49,916 nt of DNA from Candidatus Sericytochromatia bacterium (lineage in GTDB: Bacteria > Cyanobacteriota > Sericytochromatia > S15B-MN24 > UBA4093). The notes below the pieces were generated by a model. That model saw only the letters and a list, made by a program, of their open reading frames with translations, did no database searches and was not told the DNA's origin. Positions 1-9,691 of this stretch are shown piece after piece. The stretch is from NCBI GenBank assembly GCA_036676495.1, contig JAKFCT010000100.1, forward strand, positions 1 to 49,916, given 5' to 3'. Every line of letters starts with the position of its first letter. Positions within the stretch are counted from its first letter, which is position 1. The position numbers and the translations under genes are program-made.

Positions 1-78
1 TCTACCGGAAGGGCCCGTGCCCCGGGCCACGGCTCTCATCTTCTTTACCATTGGCCTGGGGACGGCCTTTAGGACGAC

Positions 79-118
79 GCGGCGGGCCCCCAGACCTCGG
101 GACCCGCCGCTCCTTTTC
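79..118 (+). terminator. GC-rich hairpin followed by TCCTTTTCC (possible terminator or part of a mobile-element end)
   Basis: GCGGCGGG...CCCGCCGC stem followed by a T-run. Confidence 0.35.
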
Positions 119-140
119 CAAGTGGGTCGCTCAATTCGTG

Positions 141-162
141 GGCTTTTTCAGCAGCCTGCTAG
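141..162. mobile_element. Probable terminal inverted repeat of an IS5/IS1182-type element or MITE extending left out of the window
   Basis: GGCTTTTTCAGCAGCCTGCTAG resembles the TTTTTCA(G/A)CAGCCTG-CTAG ends of these families; no partner end or transposase in the window. Confidence 0.45.
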
Positions 163-194
163 CGCCGACGGACGAGCGCTTTTAAGACTCGACG

Positions 195-968
195 TTAGAG
201 GTTGTAGAGCCGGAGGAGCTTCTTTTCGGTCTCTCCCTCGATCTTGGCCTCCACCTCCAGGTGGTTGGAGATTCCCGAGGTCTTGAGGTTGTGCTTGAGC
301 AGCTCGTCGAGCAGGTAGATGCCGGCCGAGTTGCTCATCGCAATCTCGATGGCGACCGGCTTTTCCTCGCCCTTGTGCAGGGTGACGGTGTCGATGGCCA
401 TGGCCGAGACCGAGTGGATGTTCACCTGGCCCGCCTCGAACGGGATTCGCGAGCGCCCCTGGGCGATGTCCAGCGCGTTGGCGACCTTGACGACGCCGGC
501 TTCCAGCGTCAGGCACCGTTCGCTGGGCTCGTGAGAGACGATGGCATGCAGCACCTCGGCCGTCACGATCTGGCGCGCGTCTCCCTCGTAGAGGCCGTCC
601 AGCAGGCGCGGCAGCATGCGGTTGGCGATGAAGAGGCTGTAGATATGGTGGCGATCGCGATGAATCGCCATCCCCACGTCGTGAAGGAGCGCTCCGAGCA
701 CCACCACGACCTCGGCGTCCTCCGCCGTCATGGCATGGTCGGCGACCATCGAGGGCTCGATGCCGGCCTCGAGCAAGAGGCGAAGCAGCTTCACGGCCAG
801 GTTGGAGACGATCTTGACGTGCACGTAGCCATGATCGCTCATCGCCAGCCGGTTGACGGCGTTCACATTGGAGGAGCGCCAGAGCTGGTTAAGCTCGGCA
901 TCCTTCTCGGCCCGCTGGAGCAGGGCTTCGAGCTTCTGGTTCTGACGAACGGGTATGTTGATCGGCAA
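195..968 (-). CDS. HD-superfamily metal-dependent phosphohydrolase
   Basis: DHG..H, LHDVG and H..H motifs; TTG start with GAGGGG RBS; the last conserved Asp reads Asn (VANALD). Confidence 0.85.
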   Translation of the reverse strand: MPINIPVRQNQKLEALLQRAEKDAELNQLWRSSNVNAVNRLAMSDHGYVHVKIVSNLAVKLLRLLLEAGIEPSMVADHAMTAEDAEVVVVLGALLHDVGMAIHRDRHHIYSLFIANRMLPRLLDGLYEGDARQIVTAEVLHAIVSHEPSERCLTLEAGVVKVANALDIAQGRSRIPFEAGQVNIHSVSAMAIDTVTLHKGEEKPVAIEIAMSNSAGIYLLDELLKHNLKTSGISNHLEVEAKIEGETEKKLLRLYNL

Positions 969-1058
969 AATTTACCCCCTCGGTGGAATCTTCCCCTCCT
1001 TATACCCGTCCGGGCCTTCGAGAACGCACGGCGGTCGTTTGGCGGGGGCGCCTCGCGT

Positions 1059-1253
1059 TCAGAGCGTGATGATGGGCTCGACGTTGCCGGTGGACGGGGT
1101 TGGAGTGGGCTCGGGCATGGAGGCTTCCTCCGACGGAGTCGGGGACGGGTCAGCGACAGCGCCCCCGACGGGGGTTTGGCATGCGGCCAGCCCGACGCAG
1201 AGCGCGCTCAGCAGGCATGAGAGAAAAAGGGACGGTCGTCTTCGCAGCGTCAT
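1059..1253 (-). CDS. Small Pro-rich lipoprotein
   Basis: Basic N-terminus, hydrophobic stretch, lipobox LAAC, PT/PS-rich tail; AG-rich RBS. Confidence 0.55.
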   Translation of the reverse strand: MTLRRRPSLFLSCLLSALCVGLAACQTPVGGAVADPSPTPSEEASMPEPTPTPSTGNVEPIITL

Positions 1254-1478
1254 GAGGCTTCCTTTCCTCTCCTTCCTACCCCTCGGGCACGCGATCTTAC
1301 CGGGCCCTGGAACCGCGACCGCATTGACGCTCTCAGGTCGGATCCGTTAGGCTGGTAAGCTGTTACTCGTGTATCTTAGCCCCATGCATCCCCTCGTTCG
1401 CGGGAGCGAGAGCCGGGACCTCGGACCCGAGCCTCGCGAGCCCCGACAGGGAGTCTCCCCCGGGAGAAAGGATCGCGG

Positions 1479-2021
1479 ATGAAGCAGGGAATGCGTCGAG
1501 GCATGGCCTCGCTAGGACTCCTGTTGGCAATCACCTCTTGCACCGATCCGCCGGTGGTGCCGGGTCGCGGCACCTCCGGGGATCCGGTCGGCACGCCGCC
1601 GACGGGTCCCGGAGCGGTCACGCCCGACGATCCAGGCGCCCGGGTCGCGAGCATCGCCGTCACTCCCGAAGCCGTCGAGATCAACGCCCCCCACTACGAG
1701 AGCGATTCCTCGGACATCGGCGCCCCCAGCTCCGACGGAAGCGACCTCGAGCACGAGTCGGCGGGCTTTCCGACCACCGCGTTGCTGGCGGTGACCTTCC
1801 GGACGGAGTCGGGCGAGATCGCGTCGCCGGCCGAGCTCCTCTGGACCAGCTCGAACCCTCAGCTCGTCACGGTGGACGACTACGGCTGGGTGCAGGCAAG
1901 CGACACGGACGTGAGCGGGGTCGCCACCGTCACCGCGCGCCTGAAGCGCAACCCCCTCGTGAGCGCGTCGGCGACCGTCACGGTCCGAAACGATGGCATG
2001 CTGGCCATCGAGTTGAAGTGA
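1479..2021 (+). CDS. Lipoprotein with Ig-like (Big_2-type) domain
   Basis: Lipobox ITSC; WTSSNPQLVTVDDYG motif typical of Big_2. Confidence 0.75.
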   Translation: MKQGMRRGMASLGLLLAITSCTDPPVVPGRGTSGDPVGTPPTGPGAVTPDDPGARVASIAVTPEAVEINAPHYESDSSDIGAPSSDGSDLEHESAGFPTTALLAVTFRTESGEIASPAELLWTSSNPQLVTVDDYGWVQASDTDVSGVATVTARLKRNPLVSASATVTVRNDGMLAIELK

Positions 2022-2029
2022 GGCCCCTC

Positions 2030-3196
2030 ATGCCGAACCCTCGCATGCGCTCCGTCGCCGTCTGCTTGCTCGTCGGCGCCCTGAGCGTGGGCTGCCAGAA
2101 CAAAGTCGCTCCGCTGCAAAGCGAAAACCAGGCCCTTACGGACGCGGCCGGCCAGATGGCCGATTTCGGCCAGGTCGACATCCGGGTCCGCTGGCCGCAG
2201 GCCGTCCAGGCCATCCCCTACAGCGCGAACGCCCTTCACGTCGTCGCCTTCGACGGCTTGGGGCGCGTGGCCTCCCAGACCACGCTCACCCGCGGGGGAA
2301 GTCCCGAGGGCCTGGGCGCGACCAGCATGCGCCTGCGTGCCGGAAGCTACACGATCGAGGCCCGGGCCTACCGCGAAACCAGCCCCTCCCTCGCGAGCGA
2401 ACCGACGGCCATTGGCTCGGTCGGCAGCGTTCGGGTCAAGTCCAACCTCAAGACCAGCCTCTCGCTGACCCTCAACGCGACGCCTCCGAGCTCGGGAGCG
2501 ATCTCGCCGGCGGCCGGCGGGGTGGGCGCGGCCTTCACGATCGACACCGTCCAGTTTTTCGGGCGGCCGGTCAAGACCACGGATATCGTCGAGGTCTTCA
2601 TGGGCCAGGAGCCCGCCGTGGGCCAGCATTCCCAGTACCGCCTCAAGGCCGCGGCGAGCATCGAGCCGCGCCGGCGCCTCGACCCGATCTCCGGCGTCAA
2701 CCAGATGGTGGATCCGGAAGTGGACATGCTCCGGGTGATCGTCCCCCGAGGGCTGAAGGGCACCTGCAAGGTCTGGCTTCGGGTCGACAACGTTGAGATC
2801 GACGCGGGGACCTTCCATGTGGTCGATCGCATGACCGTCGACCGCACGTCCGTGACCCGAGCGGTGGGCGAAACCTACGATGCGCCGACCAACCTGCGAG
2901 CCTTCGCGCTCGACACCCAGCGGGTCCTTTCCTTCCCGGCCATGACCTGGCGCAGCTCCATGCCGAACGTCGCGTTCGTCACGACCGGGGGCATGGTCTA
3001 CGCCTACCGTCCCGGCCGCGTCGTCGTCACCGGGCAATCGGGAGACGTCTCGGCCTCGTTCGAGCTGCTGATCACCAACCGGCACAGCACCGCCTCGATC
3101 GACGTCGATGTCCCGAACCTGGGCACGGGAACGGTCGAAGCAACCTTCTCCTTCCCGGTTTATTCGGGCGACGACATCGGCACGGTCATTCACTAG
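2030..3196 (+). CDS. Beta-rich surface lipoprotein with C-terminal Big_2-like domain
   Basis: Start reassigned to ATG 2030 (MPNPRMRS..., lipobox SVGC); WRSSMPNVAFVTTGG motif. Confidence 0.75.
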   Translation: MPNPRMRSVAVCLLVGALSVGCQNKVAPLQSENQALTDAAGQMADFGQVDIRVRWPQAVQAIPYSANALHVVAFDGLGRVASQTTLTRGGSPEGLGATSMRLRAGSYTIEARAYRETSPSLASEPTAIGSVGSVRVKSNLKTSLSLTLNATPPSSGAISPAAGGVGAAFTIDTVQFFGRPVKTTDIVEVFMGQEPAVGQHSQYRLKAAASIEPRRRLDPISGVNQMVDPEVDMLRVIVPRGLKGTCKVWLRVDNVEIDAGTFHVVDRMTVDRTSVTRAVGETYDAPTNLRAFALDTQRVLSFPAMTWRSSMPNVAFVTTGGMVYAYRPGRVVVTGQSGDVSASFELLITNRHSTASIDVDVPNLGTGTVEATFSFPVYSGDDIGTVIH

Positions 3197-3226
3197 CGGC
3201 GATTGCCTGTATTTGGAGGTCAACTC

Positions 3227-5086
3227 ATGAATGCCATCCTTCGAAACTCCGGGGCGATCGCCGCAGCGGCCCTATTGGCCAGCAGTTGCGCGGTACGCCA
3301 GCCCTTGCAGCCTCCCACCGTCGAGTCCTCGTCGCAGAAGGTCGAGCTCAAGACGCCGGGCGACGTCACCGTCCCCTTGACGATTCCCGCCCTCCCCGAG
3401 CGTGGCGTCCAGTACGCCTACGATCGCAACACCATCAACACGATCGAGGTCCGCTTGCGCGACGCGCTCGGCAACGAGTCGGTGCAGTACGTCGCGCGCA
3501 ATGCCTACCTCTCCGGCTCTCAGGCCGGGGGCATCGTGAAGGTCACGTTCTCGAACGTCATGCCCGGCGTCTTCACCCTCACGGTCCGCTCCAGCCATGA
3601 GCGCCTGCTCGCGGCCACCGGCCGGATCGCCTACGACGGCCTGCGGGACGTCTTCTTCCTCGATGGCGATGGCGACCAGGCCTTCGACCCCGGCGAGATC
3701 GAGCCCCTGGTCATCTGGAAGAGCGGAACGACGAACGCCAACAGCAACTTCATCACGTTTGCCCGCAATTTCGTCGATGTGGGCTGGGTCTTCCCCGACG
3801 CCTTGCGGACGGATGTCTCGTCGACCCGCGCGGGCTTCGGAACGGGCGGGGCCACCGAGTCGATCATTCCGGGGGGCACGACCCAGGTCGCCGTGACCGT
3901 GGGGCAGGTGCCCCAGTGGAACTCGACCCTTCTCAACTCCACGCGCACCGTGATCGCCGGGGATCCGGTCGTCATGAGCGTCGTGGACGGCAGTGCCCTG
4001 CAGGCCTCCGAGCGGGTCCTGGTGAACGGATCGGCGACGCTCGAGGCTGGCATCGTGCGCGCCGCGGACTTCGACGACGCCAAGCTCAGCCTCTACGCGC
4101 CGACGATCGACGCGGCGGCGGGAACCGTCACGTTCACTCCCACCCGCGCCACCCATCCGAATGCGGCCGTCACGCCGACGGCCTGGCGCCTCTGGCTCTC
4201 CCGGGGGCAGGCCATCGCCGAGCCCGGCTTGACCGCGCTCAACGCTCCCAAGCTGATCGTGCACCCGGCCTTTGTGAAGAAGGCCTCCAGCCGCATCTAC
4301 GGCCTCGACTCCCATCTCTCGAACACGGGCACGTCGGCCATCCAGTACGATCTCCGGGATGAGTACGGCAACCGGGTGGCCGGCAACATCGCGAACGTCA
4401 ATGCGATCAACCTGGCCAGCGTCAGCATGGTGAACTCGCTGGTCACCATGGACTACGCGGTGTATTCCCATACCTACGCCGCGGATGTGCGCAATGGCCT
4501 GAACCCGTTCATTTTGCCGGGACGGACGACGGGGACCGTGAGCGCGGGCGGGGTCTATACTCAGGGCGCGACCGCCGCGGACGTTCTGACGCGGTCGGCG
4601 AGCTACTCGGCCACTCCGGCGGGCATCCAGGTCAAGCGTCTCGAGGTTCCCTATCACGTCTACGCGTCGGATCCCCTGAACTTCGGCATCGGGGATCATG
4701 ATTACGTGCTCAACTTCGCGGCCGATCCCGGAGGCGACGGTAACAAGCGCGTGGCAAGCCTGACCCGGGTGGGCGGGCCGCTCGTCGCGTCGGGCAGCGT
4801 GACCTTGGACACGGTGGCTCGCACCACTCCGCGGGATATCACCCTGAACCAGGCTTTGCCCCCTGCCGCTGCCTTGCCGGTCCCGATCAAGTCGGAGCGC
4901 GAGGTATCGGTCATCTTGACGTTGCCGCCCGGAACGCTGGATCCGGATGCCGCGAACGGCACCGTGTTCACGGTGACGGATTACGGGGCGCGCCGGGTGG
5001 AGGATGTAGATACCGTCCGGGCGCGGGTGCTCAACAACAAGGCGGAGTATTTCTTCGAGGACATCCCGTTCCGCTGGTCGAACTAG
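3227..5086 (+). CDS. Large beta-rich surface lipoprotein, function unknown
   Basis: GGAGGT RBS before ATG 3227; lipobox ASSC; T/V/G-rich beta composition. Confidence 0.75.
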   Translation: MNAILRNSGAIAAAALLASSCAVRQPLQPPTVESSSQKVELKTPGDVTVPLTIPALPERGVQYAYDRNTINTIEVRLRDALGNESVQYVARNAYLSGSQAGGIVKVTFSNVMPGVFTLTVRSSHERLLAATGRIAYDGLRDVFFLDGDGDQAFDPGEIEPLVIWKSGTTNANSNFITFARNFVDVGWVFPDALRTDVSSTRAGFGTGGATESIIPGGTTQVAVTVGQVPQWNSTLLNSTRTVIAGDPVVMSVVDGSALQASERVLVNGSATLEAGIVRAADFDDAKLSLYAPTIDAAAGTVTFTPTRATHPNAAVTPTAWRLWLSRGQAIAEPGLTALNAPKLIVHPAFVKKASSRIYGLDSHLSNTGTSAIQYDLRDEYGNRVAGNIANVNAINLASVSMVNSLVTMDYAVYSHTYAADVRNGLNPFILPGRTTGTVSAGGVYTQGATAADVLTRSASYSATPAGIQVKRLEVPYHVYASDPLNFGIGDHDYVLNFAADPGGDGNKRVASLTRVGGPLVASGSVTLDTVARTTPRDITLNQALPPAAALPVPIKSEREVSVILTLPPGTLDPDAANGTVFTVTDYGARRVEDVDTVRARVLNNKAEYFFEDIPFRWSN

Positions 5087-5097
5087 CGGCAAAACTA

Positions 5098-5125
5098 AGA
5101 GGGGAGGGCCACGGCCCTCCCCTCT
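5098..5125. terminator. Hairpin between convergent genes (likely bidirectional terminator)
   Basis: AGAGGGGAGGGCC-AC-GGCCCTCCCCTCT inverted repeat. Confidence 0.7.
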
Positions 5126-5127
5126 CG

Positions 5128-5778
5128 CTATGGGCGGGGATTCCGGGCGTAGGGCTCGCCCAGGATGCTGTCGACTCCGATGAGGAAGCGGTTCCAGTCG
5201 AAGTTCTCGGCGGGGTCGTTCTTGCTCTTGCGATCGGTGATGTCCTTGTGGCCGACGATCCGGTCCTTGGGGATCTGATACTTGGCGACGAGGTGAGCGA
5301 CCAGGCGGTTGAGCGTATCGTACTGGGCATCGGTGAAGGGGTCGTGGCCCGACTGGGAGTTGACGAGCTCGATGCCGATGGAGAAATCGTTGACCTTGAC
5401 GCGATCGCCCAGCTTGCTGGGGCCGGCGTGCCAGGCGCGGCGCTCGTCCTCGACGCATTGCACGACCTCGCCGTCCTTGCCGATGATGTAATGCGCGCTG
5501 ACCTGGCTCTTGGGATTGAGGAAGTGATTGGCGATGCGGCGCGCCGTCCGGACGCCGGGCGATTCGGTGTCATGGATGACGAGGCAATCGATCGCCATGC
5601 CCAAGGGGCGCTCGTCCTGGTTGGGGGACGGCAGGAAGGTGACCGGAGGCTTGGGAGGGATCGGCCGCGGGGTCATGAGCGGGGTGGGCGTGGGCACGGG
5701 AGCCGGTTTCAGGCCCCAGCCCATGGCGTAGAGCGACCCGGTCATGATCAACACGGCAAAGGGAAGGAAACTGGCCAA
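5128..5778 (-). CDS. N-acetylmuramoyl-L-alanine amidase (Amidase_2, AmpD-like) with N-terminal anchor and Pro linker
   Basis: VIHDT, SAHY, AWHAG, SIGIEL, GH.D and K.DP motifs. Confidence 0.9.
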   Translation of the reverse strand: MASFLPFAVLIMTGSLYAMGWGLKPAPVPTPTPLMTPRPIPPKPPVTFLPSPNQDERPLGMAIDCLVIHDTESPGVRTARRIANHFLNPKSQVSAHYIIGKDGEVVQCVEDERRAWHAGPSKLGDRVKVNDFSIGIELVNSQSGHDPFTDAQYDTLNRLVAHLVAKYQIPKDRIVGHKDITDRKSKNDPAENFDWNRFLIGVDSILGEPYARNPRP

Positions 5779-6059
5779 GGGACTCCTCCTTCTCGGAGCG
5801 TCATGACGATCGACTTGACGGCTTGCGGTCCCGATACGGGAGACCCCGCGGCTGTTACCTAGCTAGAATTGTACACGGCCCCTCGCCGAGTTTAACCGTC
5901 CCTCCCCCTGTGCAAATCGCAAGAATTTTTTCGCCGGGCCAGGAGGCAGCAGGCTCCGGCGAGGGCTCGAAGGCTTCCCATGGCGGACGGCTTGGCGTTC
6001 GGGTATACTGGTGACTCTGACGGAATCCCCCATCCCGCAACAAGACGAGGAAAGACCCC

Positions 6060-6479
6060 GTGAACTCCACCACCGAAGAACGCTACGAGGAAGGCCTGAA
6101 GCTCTACGAATCGGGAGCTGCGCTGGAAGACGTGCTGAAGTTTTTCCAGGACCTGCGCAAGGACGTCCCCAACGACGTTCGGGTCGCCGTGAGCCTCAGC
6201 TGGCTCAACATTCTCCTGGGCAACAAGGAGCCGGCCATCCGCTACGCCAAGGAAGCCAAGAACACGGCTCAGGGGCGCTACAACCACGCGCTGGCGCTGC
6301 TGGCCTTCGGTGAGAAGGGCGTTCGCGAGAAGCTGATCGAGGCCGTCGAGCTCGGCGGTCACGACGGCATGCACGACGCCGTGGAAAATCTTCAGGACGC
6401 CATCCAGAAGAAGGGCGGCTCCTTCCCCGCGGCCGAGAAGATGATCCGCTGGATCCAGGAAATGGATCACCACCACTAG
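6060..6479 (+). CDS. Small helical, TPR-like hypothetical protein
   Basis: GTG start with GAGG RBS; strong codon bias; ends 2 nt before the carboxyltransferase gene. Confidence 0.7.
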   Translation: MNSTTEERYEEGLKLYESGAALEDVLKFFQDLRKDVPNDVRVAVSLSWLNILLGNKEPAIRYAKEAKNTAQGRYNHALALLAFGEKGVREKLIEAVELGGHDGMHDAVENLQDAIQKKGGSFPAAEKMIRWIQEMDHHH

Positions 6480-6481
6480 CC

Positions 6482-8056
6482 ATGACGAACCTGACCCGAG
6501 CCAAGGAAGAGAATCGCGGCATGCAATCCAAACTGGCAGAACTCAAGCGCCGAACCGACGAAGCAGCACTGGGCGGCGGCGAGGCGGCGATCGCCAAACA
6601 GCACGCCAAGGGCAAGCTCACTGCCCGTGAGCGCCTCGACCTCCTCCTCGACCCAGGGTCGTTCGTGGAGATCGACCGCTTCCGGGTCCACCGGGCCCAG
6701 AACTTCGGCATGCCCGAGAAGCGGATCCCCGGAGACGGCGTCGTCACCGGCTACGGCCGCATCGACGGCCGCCTGGTCTACGTCTTCTCCCAGGACTTCA
6801 CCGTCTTCGGCGGAGCCCTCGGAGAGGTCCACGCCGAGAAGATCTGCAAGATCATGGACATGGCCGTCAAGAACGGCGCTCCCGTGATCGGCCTCAACGA
6901 CTCGGGCGGCGCCCGGATCCAGGAAGGCGTCGAGAGCCTCGCCGGCTACGCCGAGGTCTTCTGGCGCAACGTCCAGGCCTCGGGCGTCGTTCCCCAGATC
7001 TCGGTCATCATGGGGCCCTGCGCCGGCGGAGCCGTCTACTCCCCCGCCATGACCGACTTCGTGGCCATGGTGGAGGACTCCTCCTACATGTTCATCACCG
7101 GTCCCGACGTCGTGAAGACCGTCACCGGCGAGGAAGTGACCTTCGAGGACCTGGGCGGAGCCTCCGTCCACGGCCGGATCAGCGGCGTCTCCCACCTCAG
7201 CTACCCCAGCGAGGAGGACTGCCTGGCGAACATCCGCTACCTGCTCTCCTTCCTGCCCGACAACAACCTCGAGACGCCTCCGCTCGTGCCCACCGCCGAT
7301 CCGGCGGATCGCGTCGAGGAGCGCCTGCGGGAGCTCATCCCCGAGCAGCCCAACAAACCCTACGACATGAAGGATATCCTCGAGCTGGTGATGGATGACG
7401 GCGAGGTCTTCGAGATCATGCCCCGCTTCGCCCCCAACCTGATCACGGCCTTCGGCCGCATCAACGGGGAGACCGTGGGCATCGTCGCGAACCAGCCCAA
7501 GGAGATGGCGGGCACGCTCGACATCAACGCCTCGGTCAAGGGCGCGCGCTTCGTGCGCACCTGCGACTCCTTCAACATCCCGATCCTCACGTTCGTGGAC
7601 GTGCCCGGCTACTTCCCCGGCAAGACCCAGGAGTACGGCGGGATCATCCGGCATGGCGCCAAGCTGCTCTACGCGTACTGCGAGGCCACGGTTCCCATGA
7701 TCACCGTGATCACCCGCAAGGCCTACGGGGGCGCTTACGACGTGCTGGGGTCCAAGCATATCCGCACGGACGTCAACCTGGCATGGCCTTCGGCCGAAAT
7801 TGCGGTCATGGGCGCCGAAGGCGCGGCCAATATCCTGTACCGCCGCGAAATCGCCTCCGATCCCGCGCACAAGGACGAGATGATCGCCGAGTACCGCGAG
7901 CGCTTCGCCAATCCCTACATCGCGGCCGAGCGCGGCTTCCTCGACGATATCATCGACCCGGCGGAGACCCGTCCGCGGCTCGCCGAGGCGCTTGCCATGC
8001 TCAAGAACAAGCGGATTGAGCGCCCCCGGCGCAAGCACGGGAATATTCCCCTTTAA
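6482..8056 (+). CDS. pccB: Acyl-CoA (propionyl/methylmalonyl-CoA) carboxylase, carboxyltransferase beta subunit
   Basis: [40 protein letters not shown] and KHGNIPL motifs. Confidence 0.92.
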   Translation: MTNLTRAKEENRGMQSKLAELKRRTDEAALGGGEAAIAKQHAKGKLTARERLDLLLDPGSFVEIDRFRVHRAQNFGMPEKRIPGDGVVTGYGRIDGRLVYVFSQDFTVFGGALGEVHAEKICKIMDMAVKNGAPVIGLNDSGGARIQEGVESLAGYAEVFWRNVQASGVVPQISVIMGPCAGGAVYSPAMTDFVAMVEDSSYMFITGPDVVKTVTGEEVTFEDLGGASVHGRISGVSHLSYPSEEDCLANIRYLLSFLPDNNLETPPLVPTADPADRVEERLRELIPEQPNKPYDMKDILELVMDDGEVFEIMPRFAPNLITAFGRINGETVGIVANQPKEMAGTLDINASVKGARFVRTCDSFNIPILTFVDVPGYFPGKTQEYGGIIRHGAKLLYAYCEATVPMITVITRKAYGGAYDVLGSKHIRTDVNLAWPSAEIAVMGAEGAANILYRREIASDPAHKDEMIAEYRERFANPYIAAERGFLDDIIDPAETRPRLAEALAMLKNKRIERPRRKHGNIPL

Positions 8057-8083
8057 TCCCCGCAGGGGAATACGTTGTCAGGT

Positions 8084-8215
8084 CCCCCCTCGACGGGGGG
8101 ACTGGCGAAGCCAGGGGGGTGTCACTGATCCCAGGTTCCTTGGAAACGAGGAACGCCGTGGCTACGCCGGCTAACACCCCCCGGGGCTTCGCCCCGCCCC
8201 CCCGTCAAGGGGGGG
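8084..8215. repeat. REPIN/MITE-like element made of two inverted, internally palindromic arms
   Basis: Arm 8084-8122 CCCCCCTCGACGGGGGG-A-CTGGCGAAGCCAG-GGGGGTGT; arm 8174-8215 is its diverged reverse complement; central GAAA-loop hairpin. Confidence 0.75.
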
Positions 8216-8238
8216 CAAGATAGGGAACGAGGATTATT

Positions 8239-8421
8239 TTGCCGACCGAAGCCGAACTCGCGGCGATCGCCGCCGCGCTCTCCGTCGTCCTGGAACAGCC
8301 CGTCGCGGTTCAGGGAGCCCCGGCTCCCTCCGCGTGGGCCCTGGCGTCCCGCCAGGAGGCCGTGGGGCGTTTGCCGGCCGTCGCCGAGCGCGCCTCCCTG
8401 CGAGGCCCGCTCGCCCCGTAA
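8239..8421 (+). CDS. Acyl-CoA carboxylase epsilon-like small subunit
   Basis: PTEAELAAIAAAL...SAW..ASR signature; lies downstream of the beta subunit; GAGGA RBS with TTG start. Confidence 0.75.
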   Translation: MPTEAELAAIAAALSVVLEQPVAVQGAPAPSAWALASRQEAVGRLPAVAERASLRGPLAP

Positions 8422-8710
8422 CGATGTGCCGCCCTCCGGGTATGCTCGGAGGGCATGATAAAATACCCAGCAAGCGGGCTTAGATCGCTTGAGGCTTTGC
8501 CGCGCAAAGCCCCCGATTTTTTTCATCGAAACAGGGAACCAAGCCACCCCGAAAGGGTCAATAGCGGTTGGGGCGTTTCGTCCCGACCCCACCTTCCCCG
8601 GCGAACGCGGCCGCATGGGGCCGCGCTCCCGGGCATAATGCCCAGCCGGCCCCATGCGCGCCGCGCGCAGGCCGGCGGGAAGGACCTTAGCAACAAGGAG
8701 TGAAGCGGAC

Positions 8711-9691
8711 ATGATCGTGATTGAGAATCTGTCCAAGCGCTACGCGGACCGAACCGTCGTCCGGGACGTCACCTTCGACGTGAAGCAAGGTGAGATCCTG
8801 GGCTTCCTCGGCCCCAACGGCGCGGGCAAATCGACCACCATGAAGATGCTGACCGGCTACCTCACCCCGACGGCCGGTCGCGTCATGGTCGGCGGGTTCG
8901 ATATGGCCAAGGATCCCATCAAGGCCAAGAGCCTGATCGGCTACCTTCCTGAGAATCCCCCTGTCTACCCCGAGATGAGCGTGCGCGACTACCTGGCCTT
9001 CGCCGCCAAGCTGCGCGGCGTCCCCGGACGCGACGTCAAGGCCGCCGTCGACGAGGTGATCGCCCGGTGCTTCCTCACCGAGGTCCCCAACAAATTGATC
9101 GCCCACCTCTCGAAGGGCTTCCAGCAGCGCGTGGGGCTGGCTCAGGCCCTCGTTCACAAGCCCAAGGTCCTGGTGCTCGACGAGCCGACCAACGGCCTGG
9201 ACCCCAAGCAGATCATCCAGATCCGCGAGCTGATCAAGGGCCTCGCTCAGGACCATACGGTGATCCTGAGCACGCATATCCTGCCCGAGGTCCAGGTGAC
9301 GTGCGGCCGGGTGCTCATCATCAACCAGGGCACGGTCGTCGCCGAGGGTAAGCCCGAGGAGCTCGAAGGCAAGCTGCGCGGCGGCATGCGCATCGAGGTC
9401 GAGGCCCGCGCGCCGCAGGCCGAGATCCTGACCCAGCTTCAGCACATGCCCGACGTCTCAAACCTCTCGGTCACCCCGAAGGCCGAGGGTCTCGTCCGGG
9501 TCTCGCTCGACGTTCCCAGCGGCCTCGACCTGCGCGAGCGGATCGCCGCCGAGGTGGTGGGTCGCGGCTGGGGGCTGCTGGAGCTCAAGAGCGTGGGGCT
9601 CAGCCTCGAGGAGATCTTCCTCAAGCTGACCACCGCCGACGCCGCTGCCTCGTCCCCTGCCGATACTCCGGAGGTGCTCACCCATGGCTAA
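8711..9691 (+). CDS. ABC transporter ATP-binding protein (GldA-like)
   Basis: GPNGAGKS, LSKGFQQRVG, LDEPT; AAGGAG RBS before ATG 8711. Confidence 0.92.
   Translation: MIVIENLSKRYADRTVVRDVTFDVKQGEILGFLGPNGAGKSTTMKMLTGYLTPTAGRVMVGGFDMAKDPIKAKSLIGYLPENPPVYPEMSVRDYLAFAAKLRGVPGRDVKAAVDEVIARCFLTEVPNKLIAHLSKGFQQRVGLAQALVHKPKVLVLDEPTNGLDPKQIIQIRELIKGLAQDHTVILSTHILPEVQVTCGRVLIINQGTVVAEGKPEELEGKLRGGMRIEVEARAPQAEILTQLQHMPDVSNLSVTPKAEGLVRVSLDVPSGLDLRERIAAEVVGRGWGLLELKSVGLSLEEIFLKLTTADAAASSPADTPEVLTHG

Noticed and set aside
8520-8600. c-di-AMP (ydaO) riboswitch resemblance (GGGAACCA...TGGGGCG...CCCGACCC)
   Set aside because: Lacks the conserved GAAUC and GUCAGCUAAC elements.
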